DNA of 64,000 bases from an uncultured Thermoplasmata archaeon (GTDB taxonomy: Archaea > Thermoplasmatota > Thermoplasmata > Lutacidiplasmatales > UBA184), in contig OY970259.1 in the NCBI GenBank assembly GCA_963715645.1, positions 71,841-135,840 on the forward strand. Direction: 5' to 3'. Below are positions 18,549-28,355 of the stretch, one piece after another. Every line of letters starts with the position of its first letter. The stretch's first letter is position 1. Below the pieces are notes generated by a model. That model did not search any database, was not told the origin of the DNA, and saw only the letters and a program-made list of their open reading frames with translations. The translations under genes were made by a program, and so were the position numbers.

Positions 18549-20588
18549 ATGAGGGGGTCCGCCTCCCTCTCGCGAGACGTTCCGACTTCGATGATCGACC
18601 GAACCGTATCCTCGGAGGAGGGGGGCTTTCCCTGGACGCTCTCCGCGGAGGACCTTCGCCGGACGGCGGGGGACGTGGTCCGCGAGGCGACGGAACGGCT
18701 CGATGCCCTCGTCCTCTCCCCGGACCCCCCCACGCCCGAGAACTTTCTCAAGCCCCTCGACCGGATCCTCCTGCGCGTACGGGACCTCGGCAATTACGGG
18801 AACTTTCTCTTCGCGGTCCACCCGGAGCTCGCCCTCCGGACCGCCGGCCGAGAAGCCTCCGAGGCGGCCGATCGGTTCTTCAACGCCTACCGCATCGACG
18901 ACCGCGTCTACCGAGCGCTCCAGGCGCTCGACCTCGCGGCGGGAGACTCGACGACCCGCTTTGCGGTCGAACGGATGCGACGGGAGATGCGCCGCTCCGG
19001 AGTCGAGAAGGACCCGGAGAGCCGCGCTCGGCTGGTGGCGCTCAATAACCTGATCGACCGGATCGCCAACCAGTACAACGAGAACATCGCCCGGCAGGAG
19101 CGCTCGGTCGAGGTCGACGGAGCGCAGGGCCTTCGGGGCCTTCCGCCGGACTACGTCGCGAGCCACCCCCCGGACCCAGGAGGGAAGGTCCGCATCACGA
19201 CCAAGTATCCGGACTACCACCCGATCATGGCCTACGCGGAGGACGGAGAGGTGCGTCGCCAGCTCCTCGCGGCATTCATGAACCGCGCCTACCCCGACAA
19301 CGTCGGAGTCCTCGACCAGCTCCTCCAGGAGCGCCACGAGCTGGCCAAGGCGCTCGGATACCCGACGTACGCGGCGTTCGCGCTCGAGGACAAGATGATC
19401 GAGCGGCCCGAGGTCGCCCGGACGTTCCTCGCCCGGGTGGCGGAGCGGGTCCGCGAGCCGGCGGCCCGTCACATGGTACGCCTGCTCGAGCGGAAGCGGG
19501 AGGACGAGCCGGCCGCCTCCCGGGTGGAGCTGTGGGATGCGAGCTTCTTCGGCCAGGGATACTACGACCACAAGATCCTCGTGGAGCAGTATGGGGTCGA
19601 CACCAAGCGGCTGCGCGATTACCTTCCGTACCAGCAGGTCCGGGACGGACTCTTCGCGCTCTGCGAGGAGCTCTTCGGCATCCGTTTCCAGCGGATCGAG
19701 ATCCCGAACCTCTGGCACCCGACCGTCGAGGTGTACGACGTGACGGAGGAGGGGCGTCCCCTCGGCCGCTGCTACCTCGACCTCGTCCCCCGGGACGGGA
19801 AGTACAATCACGCGGCCTGCTTCAGCGTGCGCGAAGGGCTCGGGGAGGTTCAACTGCCCCAGGCGGCCCTCGTCTGCAACTTCCTCGACCCGGCCACCCC
19901 GATCGCCACGGCACGGATGCAGTACATGGACGTCGTCACGTTCTTCCACGAGTTCGGCCACCTCCTCCACTCCCTGTTCTCCGGCCACGGACCGTGGGTG
20001 TACACCTCGATGTCCTTCGTGGAGTGGGATTTCATCGAGGCCCCCTCTCAGCTCTTCGAGGAGTGGGCGAGGGACCCGGCCACGCTCGCGCGGTTCGCGC
20101 GCAACCCCGACACCGGAGAGACGGTCCCGGCGGACCTCCTCGCCCGGCTGAAATCCTCCCAGGCGTTCGGCCGGGCCCACGGCTGGCTCCGGCAGGTGGC
20201 GCTGGCGGCCATCTCGCTCGAGCTGTACGACCGCGACCCCGCAGGGCTCGAGACGACTGCCTTCTTCCGGGAAGTGTACCAGCGGTACGTCCCCATGCCC
20301 CTGGAGCCGGAGTATCATCCCCAGGCCTCGTGGGGGCACCTCACCGGGTATTCCGCCTTCTACTACACCTACGTCTGGTCGCTCGTCATCGCTCGGGACC
20401 TCCTGCGGCCGTTCCTGGAGAAAGGGAACCTCACCGACCCCGAGACCGCGGCCCGCTACGCCCGCGAGATCCTTCGGCCCGGCGGCCAGCGTCCGGCGGC
20501 AGACCTCGTCCGCGCCTACCTCGGTCGGGAGTTCAATTTCGAGGCGTTCGAAGCGTGGGTCCAGGCGGACACCCCCCCTCCGCCGTGA
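18549..20588 (+). CDS. M3-family zinc metallopeptidase (thimet oligopeptidase / oligopeptidase A-like)
   Basis: HEFGH zinc motif in FFHEFGHLLHSLF, downstream EAPSQLFE, length about 680 aa. Start taken at ATG 18549 inside ORF 18420..20588. Confidence 0.85.
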   Translation: MRGSASLSRDVPTSMIDRTVSSEEGGFPWTLSAEDLRRTAGDVVREATERLDALVLSPDPPTPENFLKPLDRILLRVRDLGNYGNFLFAVHPELALRTAGREASEAADRFFNAYRIDDRVYRALQALDLAAGDSTTRFAVERMRREMRRSGVEKDPESRARLVALNNLIDRIANQYNENIARQERSVEVDGAQGLRGLPPDYVASHPPDPGGKVRITTKYPDYHPIMAYAEDGEVRRQLLAAFMNRAYPDNVGVLDQLLQERHELAKALGYPTYAAFALEDKMIERPEVARTFLARVAERVREPAARHMVRLLERKREDEPAASRVELWDASFFGQGYYDHKILVEQYGVDTKRLRDYLPYQQVRDGLFALCEELFGIRFQRIEIPNLWHPTVEVYDVTEEGRPLGRCYLDLVPRDGKYNHAACFSVREGLGEVQLPQAALVCNFLDPATPIATARMQYMDVVTFFHEFGHLLHSLFSGHGPWVYTSMSFVEWDFIEAPSQLFEEWARDPATLARFARNPDTGETVPADLLARLKSSQAFGRAHGWLRQVALAAISLELYDRDPAGLETTAFFREVYQRYVPMPLEPEYHPQASWGHLTGYSAFYYTYVWSLVIARDLLRPFLEKGNLTDPETAARYAREILRPGGQRPAADLVRAYLGREFNFEAFEAWVQADTPPPP

Positions 20589-20641
20589 CCCGCGTCATCC
20601 GCCGGTCCGAGGCAGCACCGGCCTCGACATGTACCTATGAT

Positions 20642-20679
20642 AGTAAATATAGTCTAAATGGAAATACTATATATTTACT
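20642..20679 (+). promoter_or_regulatory. AT-rich inverted repeat plus TATA box upstream of the phoU-like gene
   Basis: AGTAAATATAGT (20642-20653), 12-nt spacer, ACTATATATTTACT (20666-20679). The arms are reverse complements apart from one extra TA. TATATATTT lies about 25-30 nt before ATG 20699. It is a striking AT island in GC-rich DNA. Confidence 0.5.
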
Positions 20680-20698
20680 GAGGCGGCTGGTTCCTTCG

Positions 20699-21757
20699 AT
20701 GACGAAGAAGGAGAGCCCCGGGCGGTCGACGCCCGCTGCCGCAGGGCCGGGGGTCCGGCGGCTCGCGCCACCCGACCCCAGGACGACCGAGAGGTTCGCG
20801 AACGAGAGGACCGAATCGACGGCGGCGCAGCGTTCACCCTGCACGTGGGTGCGGGGGACCTCCCCGAGCACCTCTTTCGCCGGCTGCTCGGCGCCTACCT
20901 CGCCGGGGCCCGGGAGTTCGTGATCCGGGAACGCACGACGTCGTCCTCCCAGACCCGAGAGGTCGTCCGGAGTTTCTGTCGACGCACGCGCCAGCCCGAA
21001 GTGGTCTCGGACGAGGGCGGCGTCCTCCGGCTCCAGGACCTGGCCTTCGAGAGCCCGGTCTCGCTGGACCGACGGCTCGACCGGATGGGCCATCTCGTCG
21101 TGGACTTTCATCGCGAGGCGGTCGCCTCCTGGCAGGGCCTTCCCCTCGGGGAGGATGGCTACTGGGAACACCGGGACGACGGAGATCGACCGGGAGGCCT
21201 GGTACATTCAGCGGGTCGCCTCGCTCCGCCTGGCGGCGGACCGGCCCCCCCCGAGCCTCCTCGCCGCGTGGACGGTCGCTCGCAGCCTCGAACGGATCGC
21301 GGACCATGCGGTGCTCCTCGGCACGGTGGGCCCCCGGCTCGTTGCGCTCCCCAACGGCCTCGGACCTGCGACCCCTCTGCGGCAGTTCCACGCCCAGGCG
21401 ATGGAACATCTGGAAGGGGTCCTCGGGGCTAGCGACCCGGACGTCGCGAACGGCCTCCTCGACACCGGGGAGGCGCTGATCGGCTCCGGCACCACGCTCG
21501 CAGACCGGCTGCTGCCCGGGGTGGGCAACGGCTCCATGCCGCCCGCTACCGCGGCCGCGGTCGCCCGGCTCCTGGAGTCGATCGGGCGTACAATCGCCTA
21601 CGCCCAGGACATTGCCCAGGTCGTCCTGGACCGCCCCGGGCCCTGGCTCCGCCCTTCGAGTCCGGCCACTTCCCTCCGGTCGCTCCCCTCCCGGGGCCTC
21701 GGAACCGAGCGGAGCGACCGCTCGCGAGAGCGTTTAGTCACCCCGTTCGTTCCGTGA
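20699..21757 (+). CDS. phoU: PhoU-family phosphate regulator homologue (archaeal type), at least two frame breaks, N-terminus unresolved
   Basis: ..AFTLHVGAGDLPEHLFRRLLGAYLAGAREFVIRE.. and ..EIDREAWYIQRVASL..VARSLERIADHA..IGRTIAYAQDIAQ (two PhoU repeats). ATG 20699 is in a different frame from the first repeat (break about 20760-20800). Second break about 21170-21185. Confidence 0.65.
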
Positions 21758-21772
21758 CCCGGGAGCCCCCGC

Positions 21773-22297
21773 ATGCCCTCGATGCCCCACGGCGTCCGCC
21801 TCGTGGTCGTCCGTCACGGCCCGGCCACCGAGCGGGACCCCGTTCGGTGGCCGGACGATGCCCGACGGCCCCTGACCCCCGAAGGGGCGGCCCAGACCCG
21901 CAGGGCGGCCAAAGGGCTCGCTCGCTACGTGGGGAAGGTCGACCGGCTGGTGACGAGCGGGGCCGTCCGCTGTCGGGCCACGGCCCAACTCCTCCGGCTC
22001 GCCCTCAAGGACCCGCCGGGCGTCGAGGTCTGGAGAGAGCTCGGTCCCGGCCAGCTCGCGCCTCCCATCCTGACTCGCCTTGCCCGCACGGCCCGCTCGG
22101 GTCAGCAGGTCCTGGTCGTCGGCCACGACCCTACGCTCACCGAGCTGCTGGGCATCGCCCTCATCGGGGAGGGGACCCCGTTCGTGCGAATGGGAAAGGG
22201 GGCCGCGGTCTGCCTCGAGTTCCCGCGGGGGGTTCGTCCCGGGGCCGGCGTGCTCCGCTGGCTGGCTACCCGGAAGCAGCTTTCCCGGGCGGGATAG
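21773..22297 (+). CDS. Histidine-phosphatase superfamily protein (SixA-like phosphohistidine phosphatase)
   Basis: 174-aa ORF. LVVVRHGPA (RHG motif) and VLVVGHDPTL (second catalytic His region). Its size matches SixA. Confidence 0.65.
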   Translation: MPSMPHGVRLVVVRHGPATERDPVRWPDDARRPLTPEGAAQTRRAAKGLARYVGKVDRLVTSGAVRCRATAQLLRLALKDPPGVEVWRELGPGQLAPPILTRLARTARSGQQVLVVGHDPTLTELLGIALIGEGTPFVRMGKGAAVCLEFPRGVRPGAGVLRWLATRKQLSRAG

Positions 22298-23030
22298 CGG
22301 CCGGCGTCACCTTCGGGGCTCTGGGGAACCGGACCCGACGGCGACCGGGCCGGTAGAGCGGCTCGACCAGCGCTCGTACGTCGACGTCGACCTGCTCCGG
22401 GTGACGGTTCGCGTCGACGAAATGGAAGCCGTAATCGCGGGCCATCCACTCGAACTCGGCGGCCAGCTTCTCCTGGTACAGGAAGAAGCTCTCGAAGAGG
22501 TCGCGGGAGAGCGAGAGGTCCATCCCCGACTCCCAGTAGTCGAGGCTCCCGTACTTTCCGATCGCCCGGTGGAGGAGGATATCGGGACGCGCGTCGAGGA
22601 AGAGGACCAGGTCCGGGACGAAGGCGAACCCGTAGAGGCGGCGCGCCCAGTCCCGGGAGGCACCCCGGACGATCGCCCGGGCCATGAGAGTGTAGATGTA
22701 CCGGTCGGCGAGCACCGTGCTTCCCGCCGAGAGCGCCGGGACGATCTTGTTCTCGAGCTGGTCGCCGAAGTCCGCCGCGTAGAGGAGCGCCATCGTGGTC
22801 GCTCCGAGCGTGTGGCCCTGCTTGGCCCGGTCGATCTCCTCGCTCACGAGCGTGGAGCGGCGGAGGCCGGTATCCACGACCGCGTGTCCCTGGATCTCGA
22901 GCCACTCTTTCAACAAGGCGACCTCGGTCGAGCGGCCCGAGCCGTCGGCTCCCTCGATGACGATGAGCCGGCCGATGAGCTTCTCCGAGGGCAGCCCCGG
23001 CAACGGGGTCCCGTACGTGCTAGAGGTCAT
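22266..23030 (-). CDS. Thymidylate-kinase-like P-loop protein B (Walker A Lys replaced by Arg)
   Basis: LIVIEGADGSGRST (GK[ST] becomes GRST), LADRYIYT (DRY motif), and an insertion YWESGMDLSLSRDL shared with the upstream paralogue. Its ATG overlaps the upstream stop by 11 nt. Confidence 0.7.
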   Translation of the reverse strand: MTSSTYGTPLPGLPSEKLIGRLIVIEGADGSGRSTEVALLKEWLEIQGHAVVDTGLRRSTLVSEEIDRAKQGHTLGATTMALLYAADFGDQLENKIVPALSAGSTVLADRYIYTLMARAIVRGASRDWARRLYGFAFVPDLVLFLDARPDILLHRAIGKYGSLDYWESGMDLSLSRDLFESFFLYQEKLAAEFEWMARDYGFHFVDANRHPEQVDVDVRALVEPLYRPGRRRVRFPRAPKVTPAAIPPGKAASG

Positions 23031-23721
23031 GCATCAACGTCTCCATCGTCGGAAAGCCGCTCAGGACCGGACGGACGATCGCCCGCAATTCGGTCTGGAT
23101 CGCCTCGACCGGACGGGTGGAATCGATGACCGTCATCCGGTCCTGGACCGAGATCCGGTCGTATTCGCGCTTCAGGCGGCCCTGGAAACGCTCGTAGCTG
23201 TCGTGCAGGTCGTCGGAGAGGCCCATGTCCATGCCGGCCTCGTAGTAGTTGATCTTGAGCCGGGAGGCGATCTTTCGCTGGAGGGTGACGCGGACCGGTA
23301 CGCGGAAGTAGAACGCAACGTCGGGGGTCGGGGCGAACGAGTAGATCATGCGGACCCACCCCGGGTCGCACCCCCGGGCGGCGTCACGGACGAACGCGGT
23401 GAAGGAGTACCGGTCGCAGACGACCACGTAGCCGGCGCGGAGCGGCGGGAGGATCTTGCGGTCGAAGCGGTCGGCGAAGTCGGTCGCGTGCAGGAGCGAG
23501 AAGGTCGTCGGGGTCAGCAGGCCCTTCTTCTTGCCGCGACGAATGGTGTTCGAGACCAGCTCGGAAGAGTTCCACTCGGTCTGGAAGACGCGGTAGCCTT
23601 GGGCGGCCAGCCACTTGGCGAGCAGGGCGGCCTGGGTCGACTTTCCGCTGCCGTCGAGCCCCTCGAAGACGAACAGCCGACCCGGATACCCGTGCTTGGG
23701 CGAGGGAACCTCACGATTCAC
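23020..23721 (-). CDS. Thymidylate-kinase-like P-loop protein A (canonical Walker A)
   Basis: LFVFEGLDGSGKST, VCDRYSFT (DRY), insertion YYEAGMDMGLSDDL. Its GTG start lies 11 nt inside the end of the ppx ORF. Confidence 0.7.
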   Translation of the reverse strand: MNREVPSPKHGYPGRLFVFEGLDGSGKSTQAALLAKWLAAQGYRVFQTEWNSSELVSNTIRRGKKKGLLTPTTFSLLHATDFADRFDRKILPPLRAGYVVVCDRYSFTAFVRDAARGCDPGWVRMIYSFAPTPDVAFYFRVPVRVTLQRKIASRLKINYYEAGMDMGLSDDLHDSYERFQGRLKREYDRISVQDRMTVIDSTRPVEAIQTELRAIVRPVLSGFPTMETLMHDL

Positions 23722-25322
23722 GGACCCGGACCTCCACGTCGAACGCGCGCTCGAGGATCTTCGCGGCCTTCTCCCCCAGCTTGCCCGGCAGGGCGGTACC
23801 GGTCGGTGGAGAAAAGGCTAGGCCGACCGCGTGGCCGTCCCCGGAAGCCGAGAAGCGTGGGCGGAACCCGGCGACCAGTTCGGCCAGCCCCACGACCGCA
23901 CCGAGCTTACGGGCGAGGTCGAGGTCGTCCGTCGAAACGATCGGCTGGAACTCCTTCTTCCACTCCGAGGGGAGCGGTCCGCCCTCGTGGACATACGCGG
24001 CCATCGAAGCCAGCAGGATCTCCTCGTTGGTTCAGTCCGAGGATCGGGTAGTTCTGGATGAGGTAGGCCGAGTGACGAGCATGACGCCAGAGGTCGATGG
24101 CGGTCCCCGCGTCGTGCATCCCGCTCGCGACGCGGACGGCGAGCTCCTCGCTGGGCCCCCAGCGCTGCCGTTCGGCGAGCACCTGGAACAAGCCCATCGC
24201 GGCCTCCGTCACCTCCCGGCCATGCTCGACGTCGAAGCGGAACGACTCGGCGGCGGCGGCGACCGAGCGTTCGGCCAGCTCCACGGCCCGCGCGGGAAGC
24301 TTGGCTCCGACCGCCTCGAGCGCGATGCCCTCCCGGATACCGGTTCCGGAGACGTTGATCTGTTCGGCATGGGTCACCCGGAGGAGCTCCTGGAGGACGA
24401 CGATCCCCGCGAGCACTACGTCGGCGCGGTCGCTGCCGATGCCCGGGACCGCACGCCGCTTGTCGGCGGCCATCTCGCCCAGCAGTTCCCCGAGCGCCTC
24501 GACGTCGTGGTCGAACAGCGGGTAGCCGTGGACGCGACCAATCGGCCATTCCCGGAAATCGATGGCGGCGCGGGCCAGCGACCGGACCGTCCCCCCGACG
24601 GCGTAGACCCCGTGGGATTCCGAGCGGAACGCCTCGAAGGTGGAGTCCAAGGTCTCGCGGACGTGGTCCCGGAGCTCCTCCCATTCTCGCTTCTTCGGCG
24701 GGTCGTGCTCGAGGAACCGTTGACTCAGCCGAAGCACGCCGAGCGGCAGGCTCACCGAGTTCCGAAGAGCCCCTCGATGGACTTCGACCAGTTGGAGCGA
24801 CCCACCTCCGAGGTCGCAGACGATGTCGTTATGGAGCTCCCAGGCGCTCGCCACGCCGAGGTAGGCATACCGGGCCTCCTCGACACCCGAAATGGTGCGC
24901 AGGAGAAGGCCCGTGCTCCGTTCGACGGCGCGGACGAACTCGGCGCCGTTCGGGGCATCCCGCACGGCGCTGGTTGCGACCGCGAGGGTCCGCGGGACCT
25001 CGAGGGTCCGGACCAGCCGGGCGAACCGACGGAGGCCGGCCACTCCCCGCTGGACCGCCTCGTCCGACAGCCGGCCCTCGGGGTCCGTACCCAGCCCGAG
25101 CCGGGGGACTTCCTTGGCCTCGTAGACCGCACGGACGGTTCCGGCGTGCGAGGCTTCGAAGACCACGAAACGAGCCGTGTTCGACCCGACGTCGATCACG
25201 CCGAATCTGACGGCCCGACCGAGGGAGCGTTCGGTCGTCTCCCCGGCGCGTTTCCGCCGAGCGGGACCGCTCCACACCGGCGCATGGGGGCCGCCACTAT
25301 TACATGCTCGCCCGATGGGCAT
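23711..25322 (-). CDS. ppx: Ppx/GppA-family exopolyphosphatase, one frame break, start uncertain
   Basis: FGVIDVGSNTARFVVFE, AVATSAVRDA.NG, DLGGGSLQL (ASKHA phosphate loops) and a C-terminal HD-like region. The last ~95 aa (ILLASMAAYVHEGG..) lie in ORF 23711..24004 after a 1-nt insertion near 24030. ATG 25322 is the nearest upstream Met. Confidence 0.8.
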
Positions 25323-25374
25323 CGGAAAGGTATTACCCTCGTCCCCGGGTGTCCCCACCCCCTCCGAGTCGACC

Positions 25375-26259
25375 ATGTCTGCCCCCTCCCCCACGAAGAC
25401 CGAAACCGCTCCCGAGACCGTCGAGCTGGGGCGGGTGTTGGAGGCCCGAGTGGGCGAGACCCTGCGAGACGTGGACCGATTGGTCGAGAATCCCCATTCG
25501 AGCCCCGAAACGTTGCACCGACTCCACCGCGACCTTCGCCGACTCCGGGTCGGCCTGGGGGTATGGACGCGGGCTAGCTCCCGAGGGCGCCAGGCCGCCC
25601 TGCGAGCCTACGACCGTCGGCTCAAACGCCTCGCCCGTCTAGTCGGGGGCGTCCGCGACCGGGACGTCGCGCTTGCGCTCCTCGCCGACGCCCCCAAGGA
25701 CCTGCCCTCCCGGGAGCGCCGCGCGCTCCGACGCCTGCAGTCGCACCTGACCGATGACGCCCGCATCGGGAGGGAGCTCGTCCGCGCCTCGCTCCGGGCC
25801 GAACGGGACCTCGGACTGTTCGAGGGGATCCGGGCGGGCTTTCACACGCTCCCCTCGGCGCGCCGGGCCCAGGCCCTGGGACGCTACCTGGAGGAAGTTC
25901 ACCAAGAGGGTCAGGAGGCGGTCCGGGCGGCGCATCGCAAGGCGCGCCGGAAACCCACCTCCCGACGACTCCATCGGCTGCGGATCCGGGTCCGGAGCTG
26001 GCGGCACTTGTCCGACCTCGCCTCCGCCATCGACCCGAGCTATGGTCGACCCCAAGCTCGTCCCCTCCGCTCCCTGCAGGACCGCCTCGGACGCCTGCAC
26101 GACCTCGACGTCGTGGAGGACCTGACCGCGGCGTCCGCGCCTCCAACGTGGAATCGAGCGATCCGGAAGGAGCGGCGGCGGCAGCAGCTCAAGCTGGTGC
26201 GTTCGCTCCGATCGAGCCACTGGCGGGAGATGGTCCCGCCCGGGCTCGCCTCGGCATAG
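25375..26259 (+). CDS. CHAD-domain protein (polyphosphate-granule associated domain)
   Basis: All-helical, His/Arg-rich repeats LHRLHRDLRRLR, LHRLRIRVRSWRHL, LQDRLGRLHDLDV typical of CHAD. Divergent from ppx. Start taken at MSAPS (25375). Confidence 0.6.
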   Translation: MSAPSPTKTETAPETVELGRVLEARVGETLRDVDRLVENPHSSPETLHRLHRDLRRLRVGLGVWTRASSRGRQAALRAYDRRLKRLARLVGGVRDRDVALALLADAPKDLPSRERRALRRLQSHLTDDARIGRELVRASLRAERDLGLFEGIRAGFHTLPSARRAQALGRYLEEVHQEGQEAVRAAHRKARRKPTSRRLHRLRIRVRSWRHLSDLASAIDPSYGRPQARPLRSLQDRLGRLHDLDVVEDLTAASAPPTWNRAIRKERRRQQLKLVRSLRSSHWREMVPPGLASA

Positions 26260-26602
26260 ACGGGGAGCCGCCCCCGTCGGCGGAGGACGAGATCCGGGAC
26301 ATCGCCCCGAGGCCACGGGACGGCGCCGCAGCGAGCTCCTCGCCCAGGGTCGGGGGCTCCGATTACGGGTGTGCGGTGGTGCGGGGCGGCCCCTCGCTCG
26401 AGCATCGAGCTGGGCAACTTCGAGCCAACCTCCTGACGACGCAGGGGTCCGGCCGCCCCGACCGCGTCTCCCCGCGCGCGCGATGCGAGACCCTCGACGA
26501 ACGCGCGCGGGTCGTTCCCGGTGTCGAGGGGGTCTGCTCCCCTGCGGGTGGATGCAAACCCTTAACGGAGGTTGCCCCGGTTTCCCGTCCGCGGAGTTCG
26601 AC

Positions 26603-27350
26603 ATGTCCCCTCGCGAGCCGGACCCAAAGTACCTCGAGCCGTTGCTCGGGGTCGTTTTCGACCTCGACGGGACGCTCGTGCTCTCCCACCACGATTTCGT
26701 GCGAATGCGACAGAACCTGATCCGGATCGCCGAGAAGTACGGGGTCGTTCCGGGTCACCTGTCCCTCGACGACCCGATCCACCGGACCGTCGAGAAAGCC
26801 CGCGAGGAACTGCGGACCACCGGCGCCGGACGGGAACGTCTTCCGGTTCGAGGCCGAATACCACAAGACGATCGACGCGATCGAGATGGAAGCGCTCCCA
26901 CGGACCGTCGTGCGTCCGGGCGCCGCGCCCCTGCTGAAGGCGCTCACCGACCGGGGGTTCCGGACCGGAGTGCTCACGCGCAGCTCCGAGGCGTTCGCCC
27001 GAGGAGCCCTCCTGCGCACCGGGCTGGCGCCCTTCTTCTCTTACCTCCGAACCCGCAGCACCCCCGGGCCCGCGAAGCCATCGCCGGAGTCGCTGCTCGC
27101 GCTCCTGCGAGAGATGGAGGTCCCAATCGACCGGGCGGTGTTCGTCGGGGACCACCTGATCGACGCGGAATGCGCGACCGCCGCCCGGGTTCGCTTCTAC
27201 GCGGTGCTTCCCGACCCCTCCGAGGCGACCGGGTCGACCCAGAGCGAGGCGCGGTTCCTCGCAGGCGGAGCGGCGGCGGTCGCCAAGGACCTCCCGACGC
27301 TCGCCCGTCAGCTGGACGTCACCCTCCCCCGGACCCTTACCTCGCGGTAG
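26603..27350 (+). CDS. HAD-superfamily phosphatase (phosphoglycolate-phosphatase-like), one frame break
   Basis: VVFDLDGTLV (motif I), GVLTRSS (motif II), VFVGDHLIDAE (motif IV). Break at gg 26828-26829; removing one g gives ..TTGADGNVFRFEAEYH... Confidence 0.7.
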
Positions 27351-27359
27351 ACGAGGGCC

Positions 27360-28355
27360 TTACAGGTAGTCGGCGTAGGCATGGATCACGGCCCGCTCGG
27401 CGGTCGCCCACGCCTCCGGGATCTGGTTCCATCCGTTCCGCTGGTCGCCCACGCAGTAGAGGCCGGGGATTGGCCTCCCCGTCGTCTCCGAGAGCGCCCG
27501 GCAATCCTCGTCGGTCACGACAAAGCCTTCCGCGTCGAACCGACACCCGAGCGCGCGGGGGATCTCCTGGTGGAGGTCGTACCATCCGAGGGCGCTGAAC
27601 CCCCGGTCGTAGGACCGGTGGCTTCCGTCGGCGAACCTCACGCCGAAACGCTGCTCACGGATCTCGTCGAAACCGACGACCGCCGGTTCGACGGCCGTAA
27701 TGTGAGCCTCGGCGAGCGCGGCCCGCAGGCTGGTCGCCTCGAGCTCCGACGCTCCCTCGAGCAGCGGGTGGCCGTGGGTGAGCATCTCCACTGACGAGGG
27801 ATGAAAGTGCAGCAGGTCGAGTGCGGTGCGGGCGGCGAACGGGTCGTGTCCTAGCACCGCCACGCTCTTTCCTCCCAGCGTGTGCCCGTCGCACAGGATG
27901 CAGAACTCGACCAGGGCCTGGTTGGCCCAGGGGAAGATCGGTTTGATCTCGCCTCCGATCTCGAGCATGCGGTCGACCACCCCCATCGCCAGGACGACCG
28001 CGCGGCCTCGGGCGACCAGGCTCTGCTTCAGCCATTCGAACGGGACGCGGTAACCGCCTTCCGTCGCCTCGACGCGGAGGGCGGTGGCCGGGGAGAAGTA
28101 GCTCACCCACTCGCCGACCTTCCGCACGGCCTCGACCTGACGGTCGAGCAGGACGTGGCCCGAGACCCCCTCGGGGAAGCCCGGAATGTTGTCCATGACC
28201 GGAGCGTAGAAGGAGCGGCTGAACTTCGGCCCTCGGTCGATCAGGGCTGCGGAGTGCTCGAGCAGCGCGGCCTTGAGGGCGGCCTGGAGCCCGGCATGGC
28301 CTCCGCCGACCACGACGAGGTCGTACGACTCCTTCAGCCGTGGGAAGCCCGGCAC
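27360..28355 (-). CDS. Thioredoxin-reductase-like FAD/NAD(P) oxidoreductase
   Basis: YDLVVVGGGHAGLQAA (FAD GxGxxG), redox-type CILCDG (compare CATCDG of TrxR), VAVLGHD second dinucleotide fold, and C-terminal GLYCVGD. Confidence 0.65.
   Translation of the reverse strand: MPGFPRLKESYDLVVVGGGHAGLQAALKAALLEHSAALIDRGPKFSRSFYAPVMDNIPGFPEGVSGHVLLDRQVEAVRKVGEWVSYFSPATALRVEATEGGYRVPFEWLKQSLVARGRAVVLAMGVVDRMLEIGGEIKPIFPWANQALVEFCILCDGHTLGGKSVAVLGHDPFAARTALDLLHFHPSSVEMLTHGHPLLEGASELEATSLRAALAEAHITAVEPAVVGFDEIREQRFGVRFADGSHRSYDRGFSALGWYDLHQEIPRALGCRFDAEGFVVTDEDCRALSETTGRPIPGLYCVGDQRNGWNQIPEAWATAERAVIHAYADYL

Noticed and set aside
17906-19048. 380-aa plus-strand ORF spanning the 17.9-18.5 kb gap and the peptidase 5' end
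   Set aside because: It is a Pro/Arg/Gly/Ala-rich translation in a different frame from the peptidase it overlaps, with no motifs. I regard the gap as intergenic apart from the candidate Cys-rich ORF.
18216-20339. 707-aa minus-strand ORF
   Set aside because: It is antisense shadow of the M3 peptidase (HEFGH on the plus strand), with no recognisable motifs.
26260-26602. 340-bp gap between CHAD and HAD genes examined for a small gene or RNA
   Set aside because: Only GC-rich shadow ORFs are present (26040..26417, 26363..27019). I saw no start/RBS context, no conserved motif, and no tRNA-like or other recognisable RNA structure.
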